NCBI GenBank assembly: GCA_036660195.1
Contig: JAVXBC010000002.1
Location: 654 to 64,653, forward strand
Direction: 5' to 3'
Length of the DNA: 64,000 bases
Origin: Acinetobacter sp.
GTDB taxonomy: Bacteria > Pseudomonadota > Gammaproteobacteria > Pseudomonadales > Moraxellaceae
In this document: positions 55,875 to 64,000 of the stretch, in pieces
How the letters are laid out: each line of letters opens with the position of its first letter
Position numbering within the stretch: the stretch's first letter is position 1
The notes under the pieces: generated by a model
What the model was told of the DNA's origin: nothing
Database searches by the model: none
The model's input: only the letters and a program-made list of their open reading frames with translations
Position numbers and translations under genes: made by a program

Positions 55875-56471
55875 TTAATAAAAAGGATTCTGAGTTGAAT
55901 GATCAGAAGCACGCTCGTTATCCGATGCTTGCTCAGACTCATTCAGATCAGTTGAAGGGCGATGAAGTAACGCCCCTTCAGATGACATTTGATGTAAGGC
56001 TTGATTTGCTGCGTCTTTGGAATATTGACTTGCCAATGGCGCATAAGGCAATAAAATTTGAACTAATTTAGACTGTTTCCAGTGCGGTGAACTATTCACC
56101 CAAGGTCCGACACCTTGCATAATAATCAGTACGATCAGTAGCCCTTTGAGTGAACCAAAAGCACCACCTGCTAAACGATTTAATGGGCCCAATTTCAAAC
56201 TTTTCAAGAGCGCATTAAGAATTGCCGAAATGATCCATGTACAAGCGACAATGACCAGTACAATAAAGGCAAAAGCAGCAATTTTTTGCACCACAGGATC
56301 TTGGCTTAAATTGCTCATCGCTGGTGCCATGACCACGGCGTATTTCGCACCAATGATCAATGCAAGAATCCATCCGACCAAATTCGCGCACGCTTTAATC
56401 AGTCCTTGACGCAAACCGTTCAATCCTCCAATGAGCAAGATGATCAGGATAATGATATCAAGCGTATTCAT
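55875..56471 (-). CDS. cvpA: Colicin V production protein CvpA
   Basis: MN.LD..I, GL..G, NRLAGGAFG..KG; canonical position upstream of purF. Confidence 0.93.
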   Translation of the reverse strand: MNTLDIIILIILLIGGLNGLRQGLIKACANLVGWILALIIGAKYAVVMAPAMSNLSQDPVVQKIAAFAFIVLVIVACTWIISAILNALLKSLKLGPLNRLAGGAFGSLKGLLIVLIIMQGVGPWVNSSPHWKQSKLVQILLPYAPLASQYSKDAANQALHQMSSEGALLHRPSTDLNESEQASDNERASDHSTQNPFY

Positions 56472-56472
56472 T

Positions 56473-57489
56473 TCACACAGTCATCGCATTAATGCAATCT
56501 TTGATAAGAGTTGGGCCTGTATAAATCAGTCCACTATAAACCTGAATCAAGCTCGCACCTGCCTGTTGTTTTGCAACCGCTTGTTCACCCGATAAAATCC
56601 CTCCTACACCAATGAGTGGAATTTTCCCATCAAGGACTTTGGCAAACTGACGCAAACATTCGGTACTTTTAACAAATACAGGCGCACCTGATAAGCCACC
56701 TGCTTCCTGACCGTTTGGTAGGTTTTCTACCCCATCTCGGCCGAGCGTAGTATTGGTGACAATGAGCCCATCAATTTTAAATTGCAATAATTGAGCAGCA
56801 ATAAATTCAATATCTTCAGCAGTTAAATCTGGTGCAACTTTTAAAACCAAAGGCACATAGTGCTGGTATTGTTGAGCCAGTTCAAGTTGACGATTTTTGA
56901 GTGTTTGTAATAATTCGGTTAGTGCATCGCCACTTTGTAAACTACGCAAATTTTTAGTATTTGGCGAAGAAATGTTAACCGTAATATATGACGCGTAATG
57001 ATAAACTTTTTCTAAACAAATCAAATAATCTGAAACGGCATCTTCCACAGGCGTATCGGCATTTTTACCAATATTGATACCCAAAATACCTTTAAACTTT
57101 GATGCTTTGACATTTTCGATCAGTCGATCAACGCCATCATTGTTAAAACCCATACGGTTAATAATGGCTTGTGCTTCTGGTATACGGAATAATCGAGGTT
57201 GTGGATTGCCTGCTTGTGGGCGCGGTGTAATTGTACCGATTTCAATAAAACCGAAACCTAATGCAGCAAGTGCATCAATATGCGCACCATTTTTATCTAA
57301 GCCAGCAGCCAAACCGACAGGATTTGGAAATTGAATTCCCATACAAGTGACAGGTTTAGATGCGACTTTTTGGCGCATTAATCCAAATTTATGAGCTGTA
57401 TCAAGCATGGAAAGTGTTAATTCATGTGCACGCTCTGGTGCGAATGCAAACAACAAAGGACGAGCCAATGAATATAACATACCAATCAC
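56473..57489 (-). CDS. pyrD: Quinone-dependent dihydroorotate dehydrogenase
   Basis: [35 protein letters not shown]. Confidence 0.98.
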   Translation of the reverse strand: MIGMLYSLARPLLFAFAPERAHELTLSMLDTAHKFGLMRQKVASKPVTCMGIQFPNPVGLAAGLDKNGAHIDALAALGFGFIEIGTITPRPQAGNPQPRLFRIPEAQAIINRMGFNNDGVDRLIENVKASKFKGILGINIGKNADTPVEDAVSDYLICLEKVYHYASYITVNISSPNTKNLRSLQSGDALTELLQTLKNRQLELAQQYQHYVPLVLKVAPDLTAEDIEFIAAQLLQFKIDGLIVTNTTLGRDGVENLPNGQEAGGLSGAPVFVKSTECLRQFAKVLDGKIPLIGVGGILSGEQAVAKQQAGASLIQVYSGLIYTGPTLIKDCINAMTV

Positions 57490-57570
57490 AATCTACTGAT
57501 TTTCAAGTAGCGGTATTATAGGCGTAGGCTCAGTAAAAAACCATGCTTGACATAGGGTTATTTACTGCGC

Positions 57571-58050
57571 TTATTCGACTGTCGCCGTTAATTTAATCTG
57601 ATTATTGCTAGAAACCATATCCATTTTTTGAATACTGATCCCCATTTGCGCCAATTGCATTAAAAAATTTGCCAATACTGAATAGTTTTGATGCTCAGCA
57701 ACCAGTTGGATTTGCTCACCATTTTGTTGAGATGAAACCGCAAGCCCTTGCTGTTGTGCGGTACGTTGGATTTTATCTGCAACAGATAGTTCAAGGTCAT
57801 TGGCAGATTTCATGGTGGCTGCATTACTTTGCATCCATACGGTTAAATCTTTCAATTCATTTAAACGTTTTTGCTGCTGTTCTGCTAATGAATGCATTTT
57901 CCACAATGCTGCACCGATAATTACAACTGTTACAAACAGAGCAGTTGCAATCACCATAACGCGTTCACGCACAGATAAACTTTGCAAATATTGATTGATG
58001 GCTTCGAACTTTTGATCGAAATAGTTTTGTAGTCCAGTAAATGCGTTCAT
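57571..58050 (-). CDS. gspM: Type II secretion protein M
   Basis: LSVRER.., TM helix, periplasmic domain; TAATG-coupled to gspL. Confidence 0.88.
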   Translation of the reverse strand: MNAFTGLQNYFDQKFEAINQYLQSLSVRERVMVIATALFVTVVIIGAALWKMHSLAEQQQKRLNELKDLTVWMQSNAATMKSANDLELSVADKIQRTAQQQGLAVSSQQNGEQIQLVAEHQNYSVLANFLMQLAQMGISIQKMDMVSSNNQIKLTATVE

Positions 58051-59189
58051 TATTTAATTTTCACCATTCCAACTGCACCAATACTATCTGCTTGCACATT
58101 GCCCAATTCCGCCTGAAAACCTTGTTGATTGAGTTGTTGTGTCAAGGCTTGTAAATCATCGGCAGACTTGGCTTTGAGTGACATTGCCAAAGTGGAATCC
58201 GCATAATTAACTTGTTGCGCCACAATTTGCTTTTGCATCAAAATCGGCCCAACACGACTTAGCAAAGAAAGTGCGGCAGTATCTCCGAGTTTACTCATAC
58301 GTAACTGGCTTTCAAATTGGCTTTTGATATTTTGCTCAGTCACACGGCTATTTTCACCAAACCATGATTTATATTGATCAATCGCTTGTACCGCAGTCTG
58401 ATCTGCCACTTTTCTCAGTTTCGCCCAGCGCAATGCATCGTAGGTCAACTGTACGAAAATAACCGCGACTAAAACAACCGCGGCTGCTTTCCAATAGCCA
58501 GACCATTGGGTTTCAGCATTTTTTGCTTTAGGTAATACATTAAAAGGATGCTGTTTAGCTCGAACTAATTGCTGAAATTGATAAGCTAATTCGGTGCGCT
58601 GATCTGCATTCGTTACGGTTGCTAAACTGTCTAATTGACTGAAATTTAAATTGCTATGTTGAACTTGTGTCTCGGCAGGTAAAAACTCTAAATACAGCCC
58701 TAAATCATCGACAGCATCACCTGACCAAGCATTTTCTCTCACCAACACATGATCATACAAATTGGCAATAATAGCTTGATTCGCCTCAGGTTCAGGCAAC
58801 ATCAAGAAATCTGGCAAAAATGCCACAATCTGTACAGGCAATAAACTCAAAGCATATTGCCATGTTTCAATGGTCGATTGAGCAACACCTAAAATGTTAA
58901 GTTGATCATTCTGGAAATGATGTACAACTTTCATTTGGTCAATGGGCAAAGTGACAAATTCTTCTAGTAGAAATTTAACACCGTCTTGCCCTAATTGTTT
59001 GTAATGCGTTTTGTTCATCGTTTGCTGAAACACTTGCGCATGTCGACTTGAAAAATACACCACGGCTTCTTTGCCGTTGTGGGTCTGCAAATCTTGAATC
59101 AATTGTTCAAGACTATTGCTTTGCAGCCAATTCTCTCCAGTCGACCAATACCATGTTCCGTTGGTTTCAGGCATCCATATATACAGCAT
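58050..59189 (-). CDS. gspL: Type II secretion protein L
   Basis: Actin-like cytoplasmic domain (LLEE, LPDFLMLP), FNVLP, TM helix, periplasmic tail. Confidence 0.88.
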   Translation of the reverse strand: MLYIWMPETNGTWYWSTGENWLQSNSLEQLIQDLQTHNGKEAVVYFSSRHAQVFQQTMNKTHYKQLGQDGVKFLLEEFVTLPIDQMKVVHHFQNDQLNILGVAQSTIETWQYALSLLPVQIVAFLPDFLMLPEPEANQAIIANLYDHVLVRENAWSGDAVDDLGLYLEFLPAETQVQHSNLNFSQLDSLATVTNADQRTELAYQFQQLVRAKQHPFNVLPKAKNAETQWSGYWKAAAVVLVAVIFVQLTYDALRWAKLRKVADQTAVQAIDQYKSWFGENSRVTEQNIKSQFESQLRMSKLGDTAALSLLSRVGPILMQKQIVAQQVNYADSTLAMSLKAKSADDLQALTQQLNQQGFQAELGNVQADSIGAVGMVKIK

Positions 59190-59228
59190 AGGTGTTAGGT
59201 ACTCTTATTCTGTTTGTTGCAATTAAAA

Positions 59229-59684
59229 TTAGATGGTCGGAATAAAATGATTGATCTGTGATGATAAACCATTTGCAATAACAGCCTGATCATAAATACG
59301 TGCTTCAGCCAATGCAAACGAGTGAAAGTTTTCACAAGTCAGTTGCTCAGCAATATGCGCCACAACATTCATGTGGCACACAACAGCAATCGATTGATAG
59401 GAAAGTTTTGACAACCATTCTATCGCCTCATCCGCATTATCATCAGGTTTTATTTTATCGCAAATTAAAACAGGAATTCCTGAGAAATGCAGCTTTATAT
59501 GCGCTAAAGTTTCTTGTGCGCGTAACAGTGGACTCACCACAAAAATTTCAGGTTGAATTACATCTTTAAGAAAGTCACCTGTTTGCTCAGCCTGCTGATG
59601 TCCGCGTTCCGTTAATGGACGTTTCGTATCGTTACCGTTTATTGCAGGAGAAGCTTCACCATGACGAATAAGAGTTAACTGCAT
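59229..59684 (-). CDS. sixA: Phosphohistidine phosphatase SixA
   Basis: LIRHGEA, RPLTERG, SPLLRAQET, VCH. Confidence 0.9.
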   Translation of the reverse strand: MQLTLIRHGEASPAINGNDTKRPLTERGHQQAEQTGDFLKDVIQPEIFVVSPLLRAQETLAHIKLHFSGIPVLICDKIKPDDNADEAIEWLSKLSYQSIAVVCHMNVVAHIAEQLTCENFHSFALAEARIYDQAVIANGLSSQINHFIPTI

Positions 59685-59759
59685 ACCAATCCTTTTAGTG
59701 CTCATCCAATGTAAATATTATTCGCTTTCGAGTTTAACCCGATTCGATGACCGTTTTAG

Positions 59760-60833
59760 TTAAACTTCATGATGCGGTAAAACAAATTCAACATCACTAC
59801 GATGACCATTTTTCATTAACGACACCGCAATCGACATTGGCGGTGCATTTTCAAAAATCACCTCATAAAGCGCATTGGTAATTGGCATGTAAACATCTAA
59901 CTCTTGTGCCTTAGTACGCACCTGTACGATGGTGTTAATACCCTCTGCGGTTTGTCCAAGTTCTTTAGTGGCTTGTTCAAGCGTTTTCCCCGAACCTAAG
60001 GCAAAGCCGATTTGATAGTTACGGCTTAATGGACTATTACAGGTGGCAAATAAATCACCAACGCCTGACAAACCTAAGAAAGTTAAAGGATTTGCACCTT
60101 GCTTTACGGCAAAACGACTCATTTCTGCCAAAGCACGCGTTAAAATCATACTCTTGGTGTTTTCACCAATTTTATAAGCAGATGCCATACCCATTGCGAC
60201 CGCATAAATATTTTTTAATGCGCCACCTAACTCCACGCCATGTACATCATCACTGCCGAAAACGCGAAATAATGCACTGTGTAAGGCATGTTGTACTGCA
60301 TAACGCACCAGTTCGGATTCACTTGCAATCACTGTCCCTGCTGGCATTCCTGCCATAATTTCTTTGGCTAAGTTTGGCCCAGATAAGACACCATAAGGCA
60401 CTTCAGGTAATTCTTCACGAATAATATCGCTCATAAAGCTAAAGGTTTTTGCTTCAATCCCTTTAGTGAGTGAAACGATGGCCTGTGCCGTTATAAACGG
60501 CGCAATTTTCTTTAGAACATCTCGGTAAGAATGGCTTGGAATAGCCACTAAAATTAAATCACGATCTCGTACCGCCAGTTCTAAATCTGCCACTGCACTC
60601 AATTCTGGCTCTAAAGGATAATCAGGCAAATAGCGTTTATTGACATGGGTTTGATTAATTTCGTCTGCCACTTGCGCGTCACGAATCCAAATCATGGTAT
60701 CGCAACCATTCCGAACCGCTAAATTTGCCATTGCCGTGCCAAAACTACCACCACCCAATACTGTAATTCTTAGCGCAGTTTTTTCATTGACTGCAACTGG
60801 GTCTACTAGATCACTAAATTTTAACTCGGTCAT
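59760..60833 (-). CDS. gpsA: NAD(P)H-dependent glycerol-3-phosphate dehydrogenase
   Basis: GGGSFGTA, TKGIE, SGPNLA, GGALKN, GDLFATC..SRN. Confidence 0.98.
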   Translation of the reverse strand: MTELKFSDLVDPVAVNEKTALRITVLGGGSFGTAMANLAVRNGCDTMIWIRDAQVADEINQTHVNKRYLPDYPLEPELSAVADLELAVRDRDLILVAIPSHSYRDVLKKIAPFITAQAIVSLTKGIEAKTFSFMSDIIREELPEVPYGVLSGPNLAKEIMAGMPAGTVIASESELVRYAVQHALHSALFRVFGSDDVHGVELGGALKNIYAVAMGMASAYKIGENTKSMILTRALAEMSRFAVKQGANPLTFLGLSGVGDLFATCNSPLSRNYQIGFALGSGKTLEQATKELGQTAEGINTIVQVRTKAQELDVYMPITNALYEVIFENAPPMSIAVSLMKNGHRSDVEFVLPHHEV

Positions 60834-60880
60834 TTTTTATCCTGAAACCAATTTCTTTGTATTACTAATTTAAATAATGA

Positions 60881-61462
60881 TTAATCTGCTTTTTGCCATA
60901 TTTTTACAAAATCTTGACTGTCAATTTCTGCACGTGGTGGAATCGCTTTTGCCGCTGTTCCAATATAAATAATGCCAGAAATTAAATCTTGTTGTTGCAA
61001 ACCTAATTGCTGCTTTAACCAGTTCGATTCAACCACCGCACCTGAACGCCACATACTAGCAAAGCCTTGTGCATGCAAAGACAATAACAAGTTTTGAATG
61101 GCTGCACCTGTACTTAGAATCTGCTCAAAATGAGGTACTTTCGGATGATCTTGTATGGTCGTTAAAGCTAAAACCAACATGGGTGCACGAAAAGGATGAT
61201 GTTTGGCACGATCCAATTGTGCGGTATCAGTTTCACCAACATCTGCTAAAGCCTGTGCTAAATAGTCGCCAAAATCGGCACGGTGTTCAGCATTCACAAT
61301 CACAAAACGTGTTGGTTTTAAACGATGATGATCGGGTGCAGTTAAAGCTGCTTGAAAGGCTTTTTCGAGTTGTTCTGAATTTGGCGCTGGCTCAATAAGG
61401 TGTCCAATCGATTGACGTTGATGAATATTTTGATGAATGTTTTCTACTTCTAAGTCCGTCAT
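60881..61462 (-). CDS. Nitroreductase family protein (YdjA-like)
   Basis: RQSI, APDHHRLKP, RAP, GFASMWRSG. Confidence 0.9.
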   Translation of the reverse strand: MTDLEVENIHQNIHQRQSIGHLIEPAPNSEQLEKAFQAALTAPDHHRLKPTRFVIVNAEHRADFGDYLAQALADVGETDTAQLDRAKHHPFRAPMLVLALTTIQDHPKVPHFEQILSTGAAIQNLLLSLHAQGFASMWRSGAVVESNWLKQQLGLQQQDLISGIIYIGTAAKAIPPRAEIDSQDFVKIWQKAD

Positions 61463-61654
61463 TGAAATGAATCTAACTCACACAAGAATGCCCTTAGATT
61501 AGCATAATCTAAATGATTTCCACTATGTAAATCTAAGCGTAAGCTTGAATTTGAAAAATTTAACAATGTGCCTTCATAAATTGTACATAAGCCTAAAAAT
61601 TTATCAAAAATTCTATGCTTAAATCATAAAATGAAAGGCTTAGAGAGAACTAAA

Positions 61655-62038
61655 ATGAACAAAACGATAGTTATAACTGTCTTAGGTGGTGTTATGTTAG
61701 GACTAACAGCTTGTGCGTCGACACCAAGCAATACCTTAGCGATTCAAAAAGAAAATAATCAATATGAAGTGACAGGTATTGGTAAAACCAATTTGATTGC
61801 AAAAAACAATGCAATTAGTGCTGCACAAAAAACATGTACAAAGAATACTGCGCCAGTTGTTGTCGATGAAAAAACGGCTTACCAAGGTGTATTAAAAGGT
61901 GTCGTGGATGATGAAACAGGCAAGCTAGTTGAGGCTGCTGCTGGCGTGATCGGTACAATTACAGGTCGAAATACATCATTGGCAAAAGATGATGACTACC
62001 AAACCACCCTGACTTTTTACTGTAAAGCCAACTCTTAA
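61655..62038 (+). CDS. Hypothetical lipoprotein
   Basis: Lipobox LTAC; two further Cys residues. Confidence 0.8.
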   Translation: MNKTIVITVLGGVMLGLTACASTPSNTLAIQKENNQYEVTGIGKTNLIAKNNAISAAQKTCTKNTAPVVVDEKTAYQGVLKGVVDDETGKLVEAAAGVIGTITGRNTSLAKDDDYQTTLTFYCKANS

Positions 62039-62042
62039 TCCA

Positions 62043-62073
62043 TAAAAAGCCGATGTAAGTCATCGGCTTTTTA
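62043..62073. terminator. Bidirectional terminator
   Basis: TAAAAAGCCGATG-taagt-CATCGGCTTTTTA between convergent genes. Confidence 0.88.
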
Positions 62074-62087
62074 AATTCTATTAAAAC

Positions 62088-62318
62088 TTATTGAACTTCG
62101 CTTGCAGTAACTTCTGATGCAGCCATTTCGGTCACATCGGTATTCTTTTCATCTAAGTTTGGCTTGTCAATTGCGTCAATTGCAGCTTGTTGCTCTGGCG
62201 TAGTTTCTGTTGATTGCGATGTTTGCTGTTCAACACCTTTTGCTTCTTCTTTTTTTGCACATGCAGTAAACATAATCGGTGCGATGATTAAAGCAGCGAG
62301 CGTTAATTTAAATTTCAT
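62088..62318 (-). CDS. Small hypothetical lipoprotein
   Basis: Lipobox FTAC, acidic low-complexity body. Confidence 0.8.
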   Translation of the reverse strand: MKFKLTLAALIIAPIMFTACAKKEEAKGVEQQTSQSTETTPEQQAAIDAIDKPNLDEKNTDVTEMAASEVTASEVQ

Positions 62319-62406
62319 TACGGCTTTCCACAGTGAATTGCTAAAGTTGATGACAATATTATGTCAAATAGATGACATTTTTATGACGTAAATGTAGCGC
62401 AAAAGT

Positions 62407-62434
62407 AAAAGAGCCGATTTGCATCGACTCTTTT
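62407..62434 (-). terminator. Terminator after pgk
   Basis: AAAAGAGCCGAT-ttgc-ATCGACTCTTTT (one G-U pair in the minus-strand RNA). Confidence 0.75.
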
Positions 62435-62470
62435 TGTATATCTTTACTTATAAATCAATAGCTAACTTGA

Positions 62471-63658
62471 TTAAGCACGCTCTAGTAATACAGCAACCGC
62501 AGGTAAAGTTTTGCCTTCTACAAACTCGAGGAACGCTCCACCACCTGTTGAAATATAACCAATTTGATCAGCAACTTCATATTTATCAATTGCAGCTAAG
62601 GTATCACCACCACCTGCAATCGAGAAACCAGCAGATTCAGCAATCGCCAATGAAAGTGCTTTAGTGCCTTCACCAAATTGATCGACTTCAAAAACACCGA
62701 CCGGACCATTCCAAAGAATAGTTTTCGATGTTTTTAAAATTTCTGCAAATGCTTTTGCTGTTTCAGGGCCGACATCCAAGATCATGTCCGTGTCTGTCAC
62801 ATCTGCAACTTTCTTCACGATCGCTTGAGTATTTGCCAAAGAACCCAAGAAATCTGCAAAGTTGATTTGGCTCGCATCCGCAACCACAACATCTGTAGGC
62901 AAAGGTACACTCACTTTCGCAGCGATATTTTTCGCAGTTTCAATTAAGTCAGCTTCATAAAGTGATTTACCAACATTGAAACCAGCAGCAGCTAAGAAGG
63001 TGTTCGCAATACCACCACCAACAATCAATTGATCGCAAAGTGTAGAAAGCGAATTCAATACATCAAGTTTGGTCGATACTTTAGAACCTGCAACAATTGC
63101 CACCATTGGTTTTTCTGGAGTTTGCATCGCACGACCAAGCGCATCTAACTCTGCCGCCAACAATGGACCAGCCGCAGCAACTTGAGCAAAACGTGCAACA
63201 CCTTCAGTCGACGCTTCTGCACGATGCGCAGTACCAAATGCATCCATCACAAATACATCACAAAGCGCCGCATATTTCTTAGCAAGTTCTTCGTTGTTTT
63301 TCTTTTCGCCGTGATTAAAGCGCACGTTTTCAAGTAAAACCACCTGACCCGCTGCCACTTCAACGCCATCTAAATAGTTAGTCAACAATTGAACGTCTTG
63401 ACCTAATGCTTTACTTAAATAAGCAGCAACTGGTGCAAGAGATTGTTCAGGTTTTGGCTCACCTTCTACAGGACGGCCCAAATGTGAAAATACCATCACC
63501 GCCGCGCCTTTTTCTACAGCCGCTTTAATTGTAGGTAATGCAGCACGTAAGCGTGCATCGCTGGTAATTTCGCCATTTTTGACAGGAACGTTTAAGTCTT
63601 CACGAATAAGGACACGTTTACCTGCAAGATCAAGGTCAGTCATGCGCTGAAAATTCAT
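62471..63658 (-). CDS. pgk: Phosphoglycerate kinase
   Basis: [38 protein letters not shown]. Confidence 0.99.
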   Translation of the reverse strand: MNFQRMTDLDLAGKRVLIREDLNVPVKNGEITSDARLRAALPTIKAAVEKGAAVMVFSHLGRPVEGEPKPEQSLAPVAAYLSKALGQDVQLLTNYLDGVEVAAGQVVLLENVRFNHGEKKNNEELAKKYAALCDVFVMDAFGTAHRAEASTEGVARFAQVAAAGPLLAAELDALGRAMQTPEKPMVAIVAGSKVSTKLDVLNSLSTLCDQLIVGGGIANTFLAAAGFNVGKSLYEADLIETAKNIAAKVSVPLPTDVVVADASQINFADFLGSLANTQAIVKKVADVTDTDMILDVGPETAKAFAEILKTSKTILWNGPVGVFEVDQFGEGTKALSLAIAESAGFSIAGGGDTLAAIDKYEVADQIGYISTGGGAFLEFVEGKTLPAVAVLLERA

Positions 63659-63797
63659 GGGTGGCTCACTTTTTGATGTAAAAAACGGCGTAATTTTAAA
63701 TGATTCTCTAAAATAAAGGTGAGTTTTTTTGCAGAAAAGCTGCCTAAATTCTCAGTTTTGATTATGATAATCATCGTTATTAAATCTTTATAAGCTT

Positions 63798-64000
63798 ATG
63801 TCTATTCATCCAGATCCAAAAATCAACCGACTTAACGTCCTTGGCGAACCATTGGCAAGCTGCTGCTTTGACCCAATTACGGGTTATTATCGTAATGGTT
63901 TTTGCCATACCTCTGTCACCGACTTAGGTCAGCACACCATGTGCGCTCAAATGACTTCCGATTTTTTGAATTTTTCACAAAAAGTCGGTAATGATTTAAT
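63798..64000 (+). CDS. DUF2237-family protein (3' end beyond the window)
   Basis: Hand-translated MSIHPDPKINRLNVLGEPLASCCFDPITGYYRNGFC..DLGQHTMCAQMT.DFL.FS..VGNDL; absent from the ORF track because it has no stop in the window. Confidence 0.85.
   Translation, partial: MSIHPDPKINRLNVLGEPLASCCFDPITGYYRNGFCHTSVTDLGQHTMCAQMTSDFLNFSQKVGNDL

Noticed and set aside
57485-57520. Nucleotide-sensitive start-site switching hairpin for pyrD as in enterobacteria
   Set aside because: Only a weak 5-bp stem (CTACT/AGTAG) and no clear SD to sequester

Overview
A 64 kb, AT-rich chromosomal window that looks like Acinetobacter (inferred from protein sequences and gene order). It is mostly housekeeping genes: copA-cueR, mesX-mesD folate-independent methionine synthase, an OsmC-YcaO fusion, frmA, pyrG-kdsA-eno-ftsB-ispD, fadH/PadR, DAHP synthase, clpS-clpA, argC, gor, uppP, gspLM-pyrD-cvpA-purF, gpsA and pgk. 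It also carries an eight-gene Fur-boxed NIS siderophore cluster whose order matches the acinetoferrin acbABCD-actBCAD locus. I found no rRNA, tRNA, IS element or CRISPR array. The most striking signal is absent from the ORF track and sits in the about 370 bp leader of the DAHP synthase gene (27390-27760, minus strand). In order it contains a sigma70 promoter, an 18-aa leader peptide ending YFYFWQYN, a cascade of mutually exclusive GGCAAC/GTTGCC helices with a Rho-independent terminator, and a second 30-aa leader peptide with its own SD and a related TAWFYF tract. This suggests a tandem ribosome-mediated attenuator sensing Phe, Tyr and Trp together. Other notable items are paired MetR-type boxes before mesXD, paired palindromic operators between fadH and padR, a 40-bp tandem repeat between clpS and clpA, an M48-like pseudo-protease lacking its Zn ligands, a FadE24/FadE23-like dehydrogenase pair and a zeta-like ATPase with a small partner gene. 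All calls come from reading the sequence and recalled family motifs; no database search was run. Several CDS starts were moved from the ORF track to SD-supported ATGs.
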